The translations under genes and the position numbers were made by a program. From Burkholderiales bacterium (lineage in GTDB: Bacteria; Pseudomonadota; Gammaproteobacteria; Burkholderiales; Burkholderiaceae_C): a stretch of DNA of 40,415 nucleotides. The notes beneath the pieces are model-generated. The model was not told where the DNA came from. It searched no databases and saw nothing but the letters and a program-made list of their open reading frames with translations. The stretch spans positions 1 to 40,415 of the forward strand of contig JBIODO010000001.1 in assembly GCA_044445225.1 (NCBI GenBank). Direction: 5' to 3'. This document shows positions 8,545-17,226 of this stretch, piece after piece (position 1 is the stretch's first letter; each line of letters opens with the position of its first letter).

Positions 8545-9416
8545 GCCTCCGGTTGCGCCGCGAGGTCGCGCAGCGCGCTCAGCACCGGTGGCGTGTGCGG
8601 GCGCACGCCGCGCCAGATGAAAAACGCCTCGGCTGCCTGCTCCACCAGCATGCCCAGGCCGTCGCGCGCTTGTGCGCCGTGCGAGCGGGCCCAGTCGAGA
8701 AACGGCTGCGCGACCGCGCCGTACATGAGGTCGATCGCCAGTGCATCACGCCTGAGTGCCGTGGCCGGCACCGGCGTCGCGATGCCCTGCATGCTGCTGG
8801 AGGTGCTGTTGATCACGAGGTCGAACGGCCCGCCGCATTCGCCCAGCGCACTATCGCGCAAGCCCACGGCGCCTGCCGCAGCGCGGTGCCGCTGCACCAG
8901 CGTGGCGGCGTGCTCGCGCGTGCGGTTGGCCACCACGACCTCGCGCGGCTGCGCATCGATCAGCGGCCCCAGCACGCCGGAGGCGGCGCCGCCGGCGCCG
9001 ACCAGCAGCACGCGCGCGCCGGCGACGCGAAAGTCGGCATGGCGCTCGATGTCGCGCATCAGCCCGATGCCGTCGGTGTTGTCGGCAAACCAGCCCGCCT
9101 CGTCGAAGCGCAGCACGTTGGCCGCCTGCGCGAGCGCGGCGCGTGCGCTGACCCGGGCGGCCAGCGCGCCGGCCTGCAGCTTGAAGGGCACCGTGACGTT
9201 GCAGCCGCGTGCGGGCCCTTTGCTGGGTGCGCTGGAGGCGGCGAATTGGCGCACGCTGGCTGCGAAGCCGTCGAGCGGGCACAACACGCGTCCGTATTCG
9301 ATCGGCTCGCCGGTCTGCCGCGCGAACTCGGCATGGATGAACGGCGAGCGGCTGTGCGCCACCGGATTGCCCAGCACCACGTAGCGCTCGGGCAGCGATG
9401 CGGTGCGCGAGCTCAC
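8541..9416 (-). CDS. aroE: shikimate dehydrogenase
   Basis: 291 aa. GNPVAHSRSPFIHAEFA motif, NTDGIG, and the Rossmann motif LLVGAGGAASGV. 4-bp overlap with mtgA. Confidence 0.92.
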   Translation of the reverse strand: MSSRTASLPERYVVLGNPVAHSRSPFIHAEFARQTGEPIEYGRVLCPLDGFAASVRQFAASSAPSKGPARGCNVTVPFKLQAGALAARVSARAALAQAANVLRFDEAGWFADNTDGIGLMRDIERHADFRVAGARVLLVGAGGAASGVLGPLIDAQPREVVVANRTREHAATLVQRHRAAAGAVGLRDSALGECGGPFDLVINSTSSSMQGIATPVPATALRRDALAIDLMYGAVAQPFLDWARSHGAQARDGLGMLVEQAAEAFFIWRGVRPHTPPVLSALRDLAAQPEA

Positions 9417-10279
9417 TGCTGCGGCACCGAGCTCAGCGGGGTGGTTTCCAGGCCTTCTTCGCGCGTGAAGCGAAAGCGCGAGGTCACCACGATCTGGTCA
9501 GCCTGCGAGTGCATGGCCTGCGTGAACGGGCCGAACGGCGAGGCCGCGTGCACGATGGCGATCGCGCGCCGATCGAGCACCCGCGACTTCGACGGGTACA
9601 CGATGTCGGCTTCGACCACGCGGCCGGCGGCGTCGACCGTGACGTTCATCGTCAGCTCGCCATACAGCTTCTTACCCTGGTACTCGGGGAAGTCGCGCGT
9701 GCCGCGATCCTCGATCTTGCGGCGCAGCTGGTCATAGTAGGCGGCGTATACCTCCTCGCGCGTGGCCGGGCTGATGTAGCGCTTTTTCGGTCGCGCGTTT
9801 TCATCGTTGATGCGCTTCTCGATCTCAGCCAGCAGTTTCAGCAACTGGCGGCGGCGCTCTTCCTGGTCGCGATCCTGCGGCGTGCCCGACTCGCGCTTGG
9901 GGTCGGGCGGCGGCAGCATCGCCACCTGGCGGCGCACCTGCGCCAGCAACTGATGCTGCTCCTCCATCAACTGGTCCACCTTGCGTCGCGCCTCTTGCGG
10001 CGAGTCGCCCAGCTCGACGGTGGCCGACGCCGGTAACGGTGTGGTGGCGCGGCCCTTTTCAGCTTCGCCGCCACCGGCCAGGTTGGCTTGCGCGATCGCC
10101 TGCGCCTTGGTCGGCGCCTCGAGCGAGCGCGCGTTGACGAGAATCACCTCCAGCGGGGTGTCGCGAAACGCGCGCTCGAAGCGCGTCGGGTCGGCGATGC
10201 GAAAAGCCAGCAATCCGGCGTGCGCGCCCACCGAGACGATCAGCGCCCACTGCAGCGTGCTGAGTTGCTTCAAAGCCAT
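9413..10279 (-). CDS. TonB C-terminal domain-containing protein (energy-transducer TonB family)
   Basis: 288 aa with an N-terminal TM helix (LQWALIVSVGAHAGLLAF), a charged coiled-coil middle and a TonB_C-like end (GELTMNVTVDAAGRVVEADIVYPSKSRVLDRRAIAIVHAASPFGPF). 4-bp overlap with aroE. Confidence 0.7.
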   Translation of the reverse strand: MALKQLSTLQWALIVSVGAHAGLLAFRIADPTRFERAFRDTPLEVILVNARSLEAPTKAQAIAQANLAGGGEAEKGRATTPLPASATVELGDSPQEARRKVDQLMEEQHQLLAQVRRQVAMLPPPDPKRESGTPQDRDQEERRRQLLKLLAEIEKRINDENARPKKRYISPATREEVYAAYYDQLRRKIEDRGTRDFPEYQGKKLYGELTMNVTVDAAGRVVEADIVYPSKSRVLDRRAIAIVHAASPFGPFTQAMHSQADQIVVTSRFRFTREEGLETTPLSSVPQQ

Positions 10280-10282
10280 GGG

Positions 10283-12325
10283 TCAAGGGGCAACGGTGTC
10301 GGGGGCGGGCGATTCGGCGGCGCCACCATCGTCCACGTCGATCGCCAGCTGCAGCGCCAACGGTTGTGCCTGCGCGTCGTCCTCGTCCGGCGCCTCGGCA
10401 GGTGGTTCGGTCTCGGCCGCAAGCCGCACCAACAGCGTGGCATGCACCTCGAGCGTCAACTCGTCGAGCGATTGCAGCGCCACGCGCACGCGGGTGCCGC
10501 GCGGCAACGGCTCGCAGCCGACGCACTTGAAGACCAGCGGCAGCGTGTCGGCGCGCACCAGACCGTCTCTCATCGTAGTGGCCTCCAGCTCGCGCACGCC
10601 ATGCTGCCCGAGCCATCGCAGCGTCCAGTAGCGCTCGATCGTCTGCTGGAAGTCGTTGTACGCGCCATAAGCGGCGTCGAACGACGAGATGATCGAGAAC
10701 AGGCTGGCATCGCGCGGCTTGAACGGAGCGGCGAGCGCCGCTGTGCGGCCGTGGCGCACGCAGGCGACGATCTGCCACTGGTTGACGAGATCCACATAGC
10801 GCCGCAGCGGCGACGTCGCCCAACTGTACTGGTTGACTCCGATGCCGGCGTGCGGTGCCGGCTTGGTGCCCATGCGAACTTTCACGCCGGGCGCGAGGCT
10901 GGCCTGGCTGCGGTAGATGCCGGGCACGTTGTGCGTGGCCAGCCAGCCGCCCCAGTGGCTGTTGGCCAGGATCATCATCTCGGCCACGATCAGGTCCAGC
11001 GGCGAGCCGCGCAGTCGCGGCGTGATCTGCACGCCCTCGTCGCCGCGCGGCTCGCTGCCCGCGACGCCTTGGAGCCGGAAGTTGTAGTCCGGGCGGTTGA
11101 AGGTTTCGGGCTTGCCGCGCACCTGTTCGCGCTGGGCTTTCAATTGGTTGGCCAGGCGGAACAGGAATGCGAGTTCCGCCGCGTGGGCGTAGTCGGCGGC
11201 ATCGGCGCCGCGCAGCGAGGCCTCGGTGACGATGCCATCAAGCCGGTCGTGCCGCAGGTTGTCGCTGACGTGCAGCCGTTCGATGCGAGTGTCGAACTGG
11301 CGCAACTCGAGGCTCGCCTCGTCGATCTGCACATACAAGCTGAGTGCCGGCGCGTCGCGGCCTTCGCTGAGCGTGAAGCGCTGCACCACGGCGTCGGGCA
11401 GCATCGTGATCTTATGGCCCGGCATGTAGACCGTGGACAGCCGTTCGCGCGCGATGCGGTCGAGGCTCGAGTTCGCCGCGATGGCCAGCGCCGGCGCCGC
11501 GATGTGGATGCCGAGCACCACGGTGCCTTGCCCCAAGCCGCGCACCGACAGCGCGTCGTCGATCTCGGTGGTTGAGCTGTCGTCAATCGAGAACGCCTTC
11601 GCATCGGCCAGCGGCAAGTCGCCCGCGATGTCGGGCACCGGCGCATCCGCAAAGCCGGTGCCGTGCGGAAACTGCTCGTACAGGAAGCGTCGCCAGTGAA
11701 ACTGGTACGGCGACTCGATGGCGCCGGCCGCGCGCAGCAAGTCGAGCGGCGCGCGCTGCGCGCGCCGCGCGGCCTCGACGACGGCCTTGTATTCGGTGGC
11801 GTTCTTGTCCGGCTTGAACAGGATGCGGTACAGCTGCGCGCGAATCGGCTCTGCGCAAAGGCCCCCGATCAACTCGCCGGCCCAGGCGTCGACCTGCGCT
11901 GCCTGCGCCTTCTTGCGCTCGATGGCCAGCAGCGCGGCCTGCACGGTCTCGCGGCTGGCCTTGTGGAACACACCCTTGCCGACGCGCTTGAAATAGTGCG
12001 GCGCCTGAAACAGGCCGAGCAGCATCGCCGCCTGGTGCACCGCGTCGGCCTTCGCGTCGAAGTATTCGCGCGCCAGGTCGGCGAAGCCAAAGTCGGAGTT
12101 CGGCGCGAACTCCCAAGCGAGCTCGAAGTCGACCTCGGCCGCCAGTGCACGCGCACGCTCCAGCAGCGCAGCAGGCTCGGGCGCGTCGAATTGCAGCAGC
12201 ACGTGCGCGGACTTGACTTTGACGCGACGGCCGGAGTCGAGCTCCACCTGCAGCGACGCGTCGGTGTGCGACATCACGCGGCCGGCCAGAAACTTGCCGG
12301 CGTCATCGAACAGGGCGTAGGACAT
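10283..12325 (-). CDS. RNB-domain exoribonuclease (RNase II/R family)
   Basis: RNB motif I is present (FSIDDSSTTEIDDALSV) together with downstream RNB motifs (TSPLRRYVDLVNQWQ). Start placed at the ATG at 12325 (MSYALFDDAGKF). The 735-aa track ORF carries an unsupported 55-aa extension. Confidence 0.88.
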   Translation of the reverse strand: MSYALFDDAGKFLAGRVMSHTDASLQVELDSGRRVKVKSAHVLLQFDAPEPAALLERARALAAEVDFELAWEFAPNSDFGFADLAREYFDAKADAVHQAAMLLGLFQAPHYFKRVGKGVFHKASRETVQAALLAIERKKAQAAQVDAWAGELIGGLCAEPIRAQLYRILFKPDKNATEYKAVVEAARRAQRAPLDLLRAAGAIESPYQFHWRRFLYEQFPHGTGFADAPVPDIAGDLPLADAKAFSIDDSSTTEIDDALSVRGLGQGTVVLGIHIAAPALAIAANSSLDRIARERLSTVYMPGHKITMLPDAVVQRFTLSEGRDAPALSLYVQIDEASLELRQFDTRIERLHVSDNLRHDRLDGIVTEASLRGADAADYAHAAELAFLFRLANQLKAQREQVRGKPETFNRPDYNFRLQGVAGSEPRGDEGVQITPRLRGSPLDLIVAEMMILANSHWGGWLATHNVPGIYRSQASLAPGVKVRMGTKPAPHAGIGVNQYSWATSPLRRYVDLVNQWQIVACVRHGRTAALAAPFKPRDASLFSIISSFDAAYGAYNDFQQTIERYWTLRWLGQHGVRELEATTMRDGLVRADTLPLVFKCVGCEPLPRGTRVRVALQSLDELTLEVHATLLVRLAAETEPPAEAPDEDDAQAQPLALQLAIDVDDGGAAESPAPDTVAP

Positions 12326-12510
12326 CAAGTCAACTTTCGAGCTGCGCGTGCGGTGTTCGCCCTTCGGGCGACCGGGCGGGCTCGCGGCGCCGATTGTCCC
12401 ATCGCCGATCGGCGAGCCAAGCCCATGTTCGAGGCTTCGCGACGAACGGAGGCACGAACTCGGTAACCAATCGTCTTGCCGATCGCGCAATCGGACGCGC
12501 AGGCCGTGCC

Positions 12511-13104
12511 TCAGCGGCGTGATGGCAGCAGATCCAGGAACTCAACAACGAAGTCGAGGTGCTGCTCGAAGTCCGACAGCGCGTGGTCGCTGCCCTCGAG
12601 CAGCTTGATGCGCGCGCCGGCGTAGCGCGTGCTCATCTCGCGCCAATCGAGCAGTTCGTCGCCCTTGGCGATCACCGCTGCATAGCGATCGGGGCGCGCC
12701 AGACGCGTCGGTGCCAATTCGCGCAACTGGTCGATGTATTCGGCCTTGAATTCAAAGTGCGTGGCAGGATCGTGGTAGGCCGTCTGATCGCCCACGTAGT
12801 GCACCAGGTCGCGCGGCGGATCCACCGCGGGGTTGAGCACCACCGCTTTGCAGCCCACGTGCTCGGCCACCGCGGTGGCATAGAAGCCGCCCAACGAGCT
12901 GCCCAGCACAGCCATCGAGTGCGTGGGCCAGCCGCGCACGCACGCCAGCATCAAATGCCACGCCTCGCGGGGCGACGGCGGCAGTTCCGGGCAGCACCAC
13001 GTCACGGCGGGTGCGTGCTGCTGTAGCCAGCCGTGCAGCAAACGCGCCTTGAACGACTGCGGTGACGAGCGAAAGCCGTGCAGGTACAGGAGGTGGCTGG
13101 TCAC
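12511..13104 (-). CDS. YqiA-like esterase (UPF0227 alpha/beta hydrolase)
   Basis: 197 aa. LYLHGFRSSPQSFKA start and nucleophile elbow GSSLGGFYA. Confidence 0.8.
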   Translation of the reverse strand: MTSHLLYLHGFRSSPQSFKARLLHGWLQQHAPAVTWCCPELPPSPREAWHLMLACVRGWPTHSMAVLGSSLGGFYATAVAEHVGCKAVVLNPAVDPPRDLVHYVGDQTAYHDPATHFEFKAEYIDQLRELAPTRLARPDRYAAVIAKGDELLDWREMSTRYAGARIKLLEGSDHALSDFEQHLDFVVEFLDLLPSRR

Positions 13105-13115
13105 CGGCCGCGCCT

Positions 13116-14510
13116 TCAGCGACGCGTTTGCAAGGCGGTCAGCAGGTTGCCGTGGATGCCGCCGAAACCGCCGTTGCTCATCACCAGCACGTGGTCGCCC
13201 GAGCGCGCCGCGCGCACGACGTGATCGACCAACTTGTCCACGCTAGCCGCCACCACCGCCTGCGCGCCCATCGGCGCCAGGGCCGCGGCGGCGTCCCAGC
13301 CGTAGTCGCCCTGCAGGCAGAACGACAGGTCGGCTTCTTCCAGCGCCCATGGCAGATGGGCGTTCATCGTGCCCAGCTTCATGGTGTTGGAGCGCGGCTC
13401 GAAAACCGCCAGGATGCGTTGCGGCGCCGCGCCGGGCGACGTGATGTCGTGGTCGATCTTGCGGCGCAGGCCGGCGATCGTAGTGTGCATCGCCGTCGGG
13501 TGGTGCGCGAAGTCGACGTACCCCTTGACGCCAGCGGCCTCGCCGCGCAATTCGAGCCGCCGCCGCACGTTCTCGAAGCGAGCCAGCGCGGCGGCGCTGA
13601 CCTCGGGGTCGACGCCCACGTGTTCGGCCGCAGCCAGCGCGGCCAGCGCGTTGAGCTGGTTGTGTTCGCCCAGCAGCGACCACTCGACGCGTGCGATCTT
13701 CAAGCTGCCGCGCAAGACGTCGAAGGCGTTGGGCTCGCCGCGCGCGCGCAGCGTGCCAGGCTCCTCTTTGCGCGCGCCGAAGCGCTGCACCTCGCTCCAG
13801 CACCCGCGCTCGAGCACGCGGGCCAGCGAGGCTTCGCGCGCGTTGACGATCAGCCGCCCTCGCGCGGGCACGGTGCGCACCAGGTGGTGGAACTGCGTTT
13901 CGATGGCGGCTAAGTCGGCAAAGATGTCGGCGTGATCGAACTCCAGGTTGTTCAGCACCGCCGTGCGTGGCCGGTAGTGCACGAACTTGCTGCGCTTGTC
14001 GAAGAACGCGGTGTCGTACTCGTCGGCCTCGATGACGAAACAAGGCCCGGCGCCGGCGCGCGCCGAGATGCCGAAGTTCTGCGGCACCCCTCCCACCAGG
14101 AAGCCGGGCTTGCAGTCGGCGCACTCGAGGATCCAGGCCAGCATCGACGTGGTGGTGGTCTTGCCGTGCGTGCCGGCCACCGCCATCACGTGACGTCCTT
14201 GCAGCACGTGTTCGGCCAGCCACTGCGGGCCGCTGGTGTAGGGCGCGCCGGCATCGAGAATGGCCTCGATCAGCGGATTGCCGCGCGTCACCACGTTGCC
14301 GACGACGAACAGGTCGGGCTTGAGCGCCAACTGGTCGGCGCCGTAGCCCTCGAGCAGCTCGATGCCCAGGGCGCGCAGCTGGTCGCTCATCGGCGGGTAC
14401 ACGTTGGCGTCGCACCCGGTGACGCGATGCCCGGCCTCGCGTGCGATTGCCGCCAGGCCGCCCATGAAGGTGCCGCAGACGCCGAGGATGTGGATGTGCA
14501 TGGCGGGCAT
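13116..14510 (-). CDS. mpl: UDP-N-acetylmuramate:L-alanyl-gamma-D-glutamyl-meso-DAP ligase (murein peptide ligase)
   Basis: MHIHILGVCGTFMGGLAAIA N-terminus and P-loop VAGTHGKTTTTSMLAWIL. The start is the ATG at 14510 or 14501. The remainder of the 682-aa track ORF is read-through into the antisense strand of hemL. Confidence 0.9.
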   Translation of the reverse strand: MPAMHIHILGVCGTFMGGLAAIAREAGHRVTGCDANVYPPMSDQLRALGIELLEGYGADQLALKPDLFVVGNVVTRGNPLIEAILDAGAPYTSGPQWLAEHVLQGRHVMAVAGTHGKTTTTSMLAWILECADCKPGFLVGGVPQNFGISARAGAGPCFVIEADEYDTAFFDKRSKFVHYRPRTAVLNNLEFDHADIFADLAAIETQFHHLVRTVPARGRLIVNAREASLARVLERGCWSEVQRFGARKEEPGTLRARGEPNAFDVLRGSLKIARVEWSLLGEHNQLNALAALAAAEHVGVDPEVSAAALARFENVRRRLELRGEAAGVKGYVDFAHHPTAMHTTIAGLRRKIDHDITSPGAAPQRILAVFEPRSNTMKLGTMNAHLPWALEEADLSFCLQGDYGWDAAAALAPMGAQAVVAASVDKLVDHVVRAARSGDHVLVMSNGGFGGIHGNLLTALQTRR

Positions 14511-14542
14511 TCTAGGGAGGCCCCACACCCTCGACCCAGAGC

Positions 14543-15844
14543 TCAGTGCGCCGGCGTCGCCAGTGCATCGCGGGCGGCGTCGAGCGTGGCGCGAATGTCC
14601 TCGGGGGTGTGGGCCGCGCTCACGAAGCCAGCCTCGTACAGCGCCGGCGCGAGGTACACCCCCGCGTTCAGCATGGCGTGGAAGAAGCGGTTGAAGCGCT
14701 CCTTGTCGCTGGCCATCACAGCAGCAAAGTGCTGCGGCAACTGCTCGGCGAAGAAGAAACCGAACATGCCGCCTTCGCTGTCGGCGGCCAGCGGCACGCC
14801 TGCCGCGCGCGCAGCGTCGAGCAAGCCCGCAACCAGCGAACGGGTGCGCGCGGCCAACTCGTCGAAGAAGCCGGGCTTGGCAATCTCGCGCAGCGTGGCC
14901 AGCCCGCACGCAGTGGCCACCGGATTGCCCGACAACGTGCCCGCCTGGTACACCGGCCCGAGCGGCGCCAGCAGCTCCATCACCGCGCGCGGCCCGCCGA
15001 ACGCGGCCAGCGGCATGCCACCGCCGATCACTTTGCCGAACACGCTCAGATCGGGTGCAAACCCCGGGATCTGCTTGGCGTACAAGCTCTGCGCACCGCC
15101 GAGGGCGACACGAAAACCGGTCATCACCTCGTCGAGGACGAGCAGCGCGCCGTGCCCGGTGCACAACTCGCGCAATCGCTTCATGAAGGGGACCTGGGCA
15201 CGCACGAAGTTCATATTGCCGGCTATCGGTTCGATCATCACGCAGGCGAGTTCGCGCCCATGCTGCGCGAAAGCGGCTTCCAGCTGAGCGAGGTTGTTGT
15301 ACTCGAGCACCAGCGTGTGCTGCACCACTTCAGCGGGCACTCCCGCGCTGGTGGGATGACCGAAGGTGGCCAGGCCCGAGCCCGCCTTGACCAGCAGCGC
15401 GTCGGCATGGCCGTGGTAGCAGCCCTCGAACTTGATCAGCTTGCTGCGCCCGGTGGCGCCGCGTGCCAGGCGCATCGCGCTCATCGCCGCCTCGGTGCCG
15501 CTGGAGACCAGCCGCACCTGCTCGACGCTCGGCACATGTTGAATCATGGCCTCGGCCAACTCGATCTCGGCCTCGGTGGGCGCGCCGAAACTCAAGCCGC
15601 GCGTCGCGGCGCGCTGCACCGCCTCGAGTACCGCGGGGTGGCCGTGACCGAGGATCATCGGCCCCCACGAACCGATGTAGTCGATGTAGCGCCGGCCCTC
15701 GGCATCCCACAGGTATGCACCCTGCGCGCGCGCGATGAAACGCGGCGTGCCGCCGACCGCGCGAAACGCGCGCACCGGCGAGTTGACGCCTCCAGGGATC
15801 ACGCGCTGCGCACGCTCGAACAGGGCCTGATTGGTGTCAGCCAT
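14543..15844 (-). CDS. hemL: glutamate-1-semialdehyde 2,1-aminomutase
   Basis: 433 aa. [10 protein letters not shown] motif and PLP-lysine region [16 protein letters not shown]. Confidence 0.96.
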   Translation of the reverse strand: MADTNQALFERAQRVIPGGVNSPVRAFRAVGGTPRFIARAQGAYLWDAEGRRYIDYIGSWGPMILGHGHPAVLEAVQRAATRGLSFGAPTEAEIELAEAMIQHVPSVEQVRLVSSGTEAAMSAMRLARGATGRSKLIKFEGCYHGHADALLVKAGSGLATFGHPTSAGVPAEVVQHTLVLEYNNLAQLEAAFAQHGRELACVMIEPIAGNMNFVRAQVPFMKRLRELCTGHGALLVLDEVMTGFRVALGGAQSLYAKQIPGFAPDLSVFGKVIGGGMPLAAFGGPRAVMELLAPLGPVYQAGTLSGNPVATACGLATLREIAKPGFFDELAARTRSLVAGLLDAARAAGVPLAADSEGGMFGFFFAEQLPQHFAAVMASDKERFNRFFHAMLNAGVYLAPALYEAGFVSAAHTPEDIRATLDAARDALATPAH

Positions 15845-15859
15845 TTCGGCAACCGGGGG

Positions 15860-16870
15860 TCAATGCACGCGCCGTTGCACGGGCTTGCCCTTGCCTTCGG
15901 ACGGCTCGGCGCTCGGCTCCTCGCCAGTGCCCACAGGCGGCTCGCCTTCGGGGGTCTCTTGCGCCGGTGGCAGCGCCCAGAAGAAGCGGTCGGGCACCAC
16001 GCTGCCCATGCCGGGGCGAAATCCCGCGTCGAGGCTCTGGTCCATGAAGGCCAGCGCTTCGCCCACCGCCGCGTGCAGCTCGTTGCCAGCGGCCAGGAGC
16101 GCGGCCAGCGCTGCGGAGAGCGTGTCGCCGGCACCGACGAACGCGGTGTCGAACATCTCGAACTTCTCGCCGGTCAATGCACCTTGCGGCGATGCCAGCA
16201 CGTTGTCGATGAACTGCTCGCTGCCCTTGGCCGGCAGCATGATGCCGGTCACCAACACGAAGCGGGTGCCGTGCTCAGCGGCGGCCACCGCCAGTTCGCG
16301 CGCCGACGCCGGCCGATCGGAGTCCCACTCGGGCAGCAGGAAGTCGGTCAGTGTCTTGTGGTTGCCCACCAGCACCTCGGTGGCGGGCAGGATCAACTCG
16401 CGAAAGGACTCCAGGTACTGCGCGGCCGCATCGTCGTCGAGCCAACCCAGGTTGGGCAGGTACGACACCAGCGGGATGTCAGGGTAGTCGGACAGCACCT
16501 CGGCCACCGCGCTGACGCCTTCGGCGCTGCCGAGGAAGCCGACCTTCCAGCCGGACACGGTGATGTCCTCGAGCACCGTGCGTGCCTGCTCGGCAATGGC
16601 CTCGGCGTCGATCGCGTGCTGGTCGAACACCTCGGCGCTGTCGCGCATCAGCAAGGCGGTGGTCACCGGCAGCCCGTGCGCGCCCATCGCCGCCAGCGTG
16701 GCCACGTCACCCGCGATGCCACCGGCCCCACTCGGGTCGGCGGCGTTGAAGGTCATCACGCAACTGGGCGCGCCGCTTTCTTGCGCAGCGCCTTCGCTGG
16801 TGTCGGGGGTGCTGCCGGTGGGCAGGTCGGAAGCCATGGATGTGGAGCCAGTGTCCCTCGAGTGAGTCAA
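15860..16870 (-). CDS. thiD: hydroxymethylpyrimidine/phosphomethylpyrimidine kinase-like protein (ThiD/PfkB family) with N- and C-terminal extensions
   Basis: The core is ThiD-like: DPSGAGGIAGDVATLAAMG and the anion-hole motif GAGDTLSAALAA. It carries an acidic, Pro-rich C-terminal tail of about 40 aa. The start is uncertain (ATG at 16870 or 16837). Confidence 0.7.
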   Translation of the reverse strand: MTHSRDTGSTSMASDLPTGSTPDTSEGAAQESGAPSCVMTFNAADPSGAGGIAGDVATLAAMGAHGLPVTTALLMRDSAEVFDQHAIDAEAIAEQARTVLEDITVSGWKVGFLGSAEGVSAVAEVLSDYPDIPLVSYLPNLGWLDDDAAAQYLESFRELILPATEVLVGNHKTLTDFLLPEWDSDRPASARELAVAAAEHGTRFVLVTGIMLPAKGSEQFIDNVLASPQGALTGEKFEMFDTAFVGAGDTLSAALAALLAAGNELHAAVGEALAFMDQSLDAGFRPGMGSVVPDRFFWALPPAQETPEGEPPVGTGEEPSAEPSEGKGKPVQRRVH

Positions 16871-16979
16871 TCTTCACAGTGCAGATCGACCTCTAGGGGA
16901 TTGTGAAGAATGTTGCGTAGGTGCCTACGTGGCTTTGGCTTTTGGCCAAAACGCGTGGATACAATGATTCCTCATTGTA
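16871..16979. promoter_or_regulatory. divergent control region between the thiD-hemL-mpl run and the rubredoxin-pil-chp operon; contains three inverted repeats
   Basis: Three inverted repeats: TCTTCACA (16871-16878) with TGTGAAGA (16902-16909); the perfect 12-bp palindrome TTTTGGCCAAAA (16940-16951); and ACAATGA-ttcc-TCATTGT (16961-16978). The last overlaps a TACAAT -10-like hexamer (16960-16965) and abuts the GTG at 16980. The region is locally AT-enriched. Confidence 0.45.
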
Positions 16980-17171
16980 GTGAGCGATGCGATCGACGTG
17001 AGTGAACCGCGCACCTGGATGTGCCTGATTTGCGGCTGGATATACGACGAGGCCGCTGGTGATCCAGAGCACGGGCTAGCGCCGGGTACGCGATGGAGCG
17101 ACGTGCCGATGAACTGGACTTGTCCGGAATGCGGCGCGCGCAAGGAAGATTTCGAGATGGTGCAGGTCTGA
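16980..17171 (+). CDS. rubredoxin
   Basis: WMCLICGWIYDEAAGDPEHGLAPGTRWSDVPMNWTCPECGARKEDFEMV carries both CxxCG knuckles. The start codon is ambiguous (GTG at 16980 or 16998). Confidence 0.9.
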   Translation: MSDAIDVSEPRTWMCLICGWIYDEAAGDPEHGLAPGTRWSDVPMNWTCPECGARKEDFEMVQV

Positions 17172-17226
17172 GGCGCATCGGCGCACCATCCGACGCCCCG
17201 TCTACACAGCTACCCAAGGAGAGTCC

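Noticed and set aside
14511-15164. N-terminal extension of the mpl ORF, making the 682-aa ORF 13116-15164.
   Set aside because: The extension overlaps hemL on the same strand in another frame and has no Mur-ligase similarity. The conserved Mpl N-terminus (MHIHILGVCGTFMGG) starts at 14501 or 14510.
14546-16906. A 786-aa ORF on the + strand. Similar very long ORFs occur at 36918-38834 (-), 1969-3720 (+), 7795-9384 (+), 24581-26581 (-), 19581-20975 (-), 10088-11575 (+) and 29335-30981 (+).
   Set aside because: All lie antisense to, or out of frame with, genes that carry clear family motifs. Their translations are Arg/Ala/Gly/Pro-rich low-complexity sequence with no recognisable domains. Stop-codon-poor shadow frames like these are expected in DNA with this GC content.
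16871-16979. A TPP riboswitch upstream of the thiD-like gene.
   Set aside because: The characteristic CUGAGA and ACCUGAUCUGGAUAAUGCCAGCG-like core elements are not visible on the minus strand. The region is also only 109 bp and is shared with the divergent promoter.
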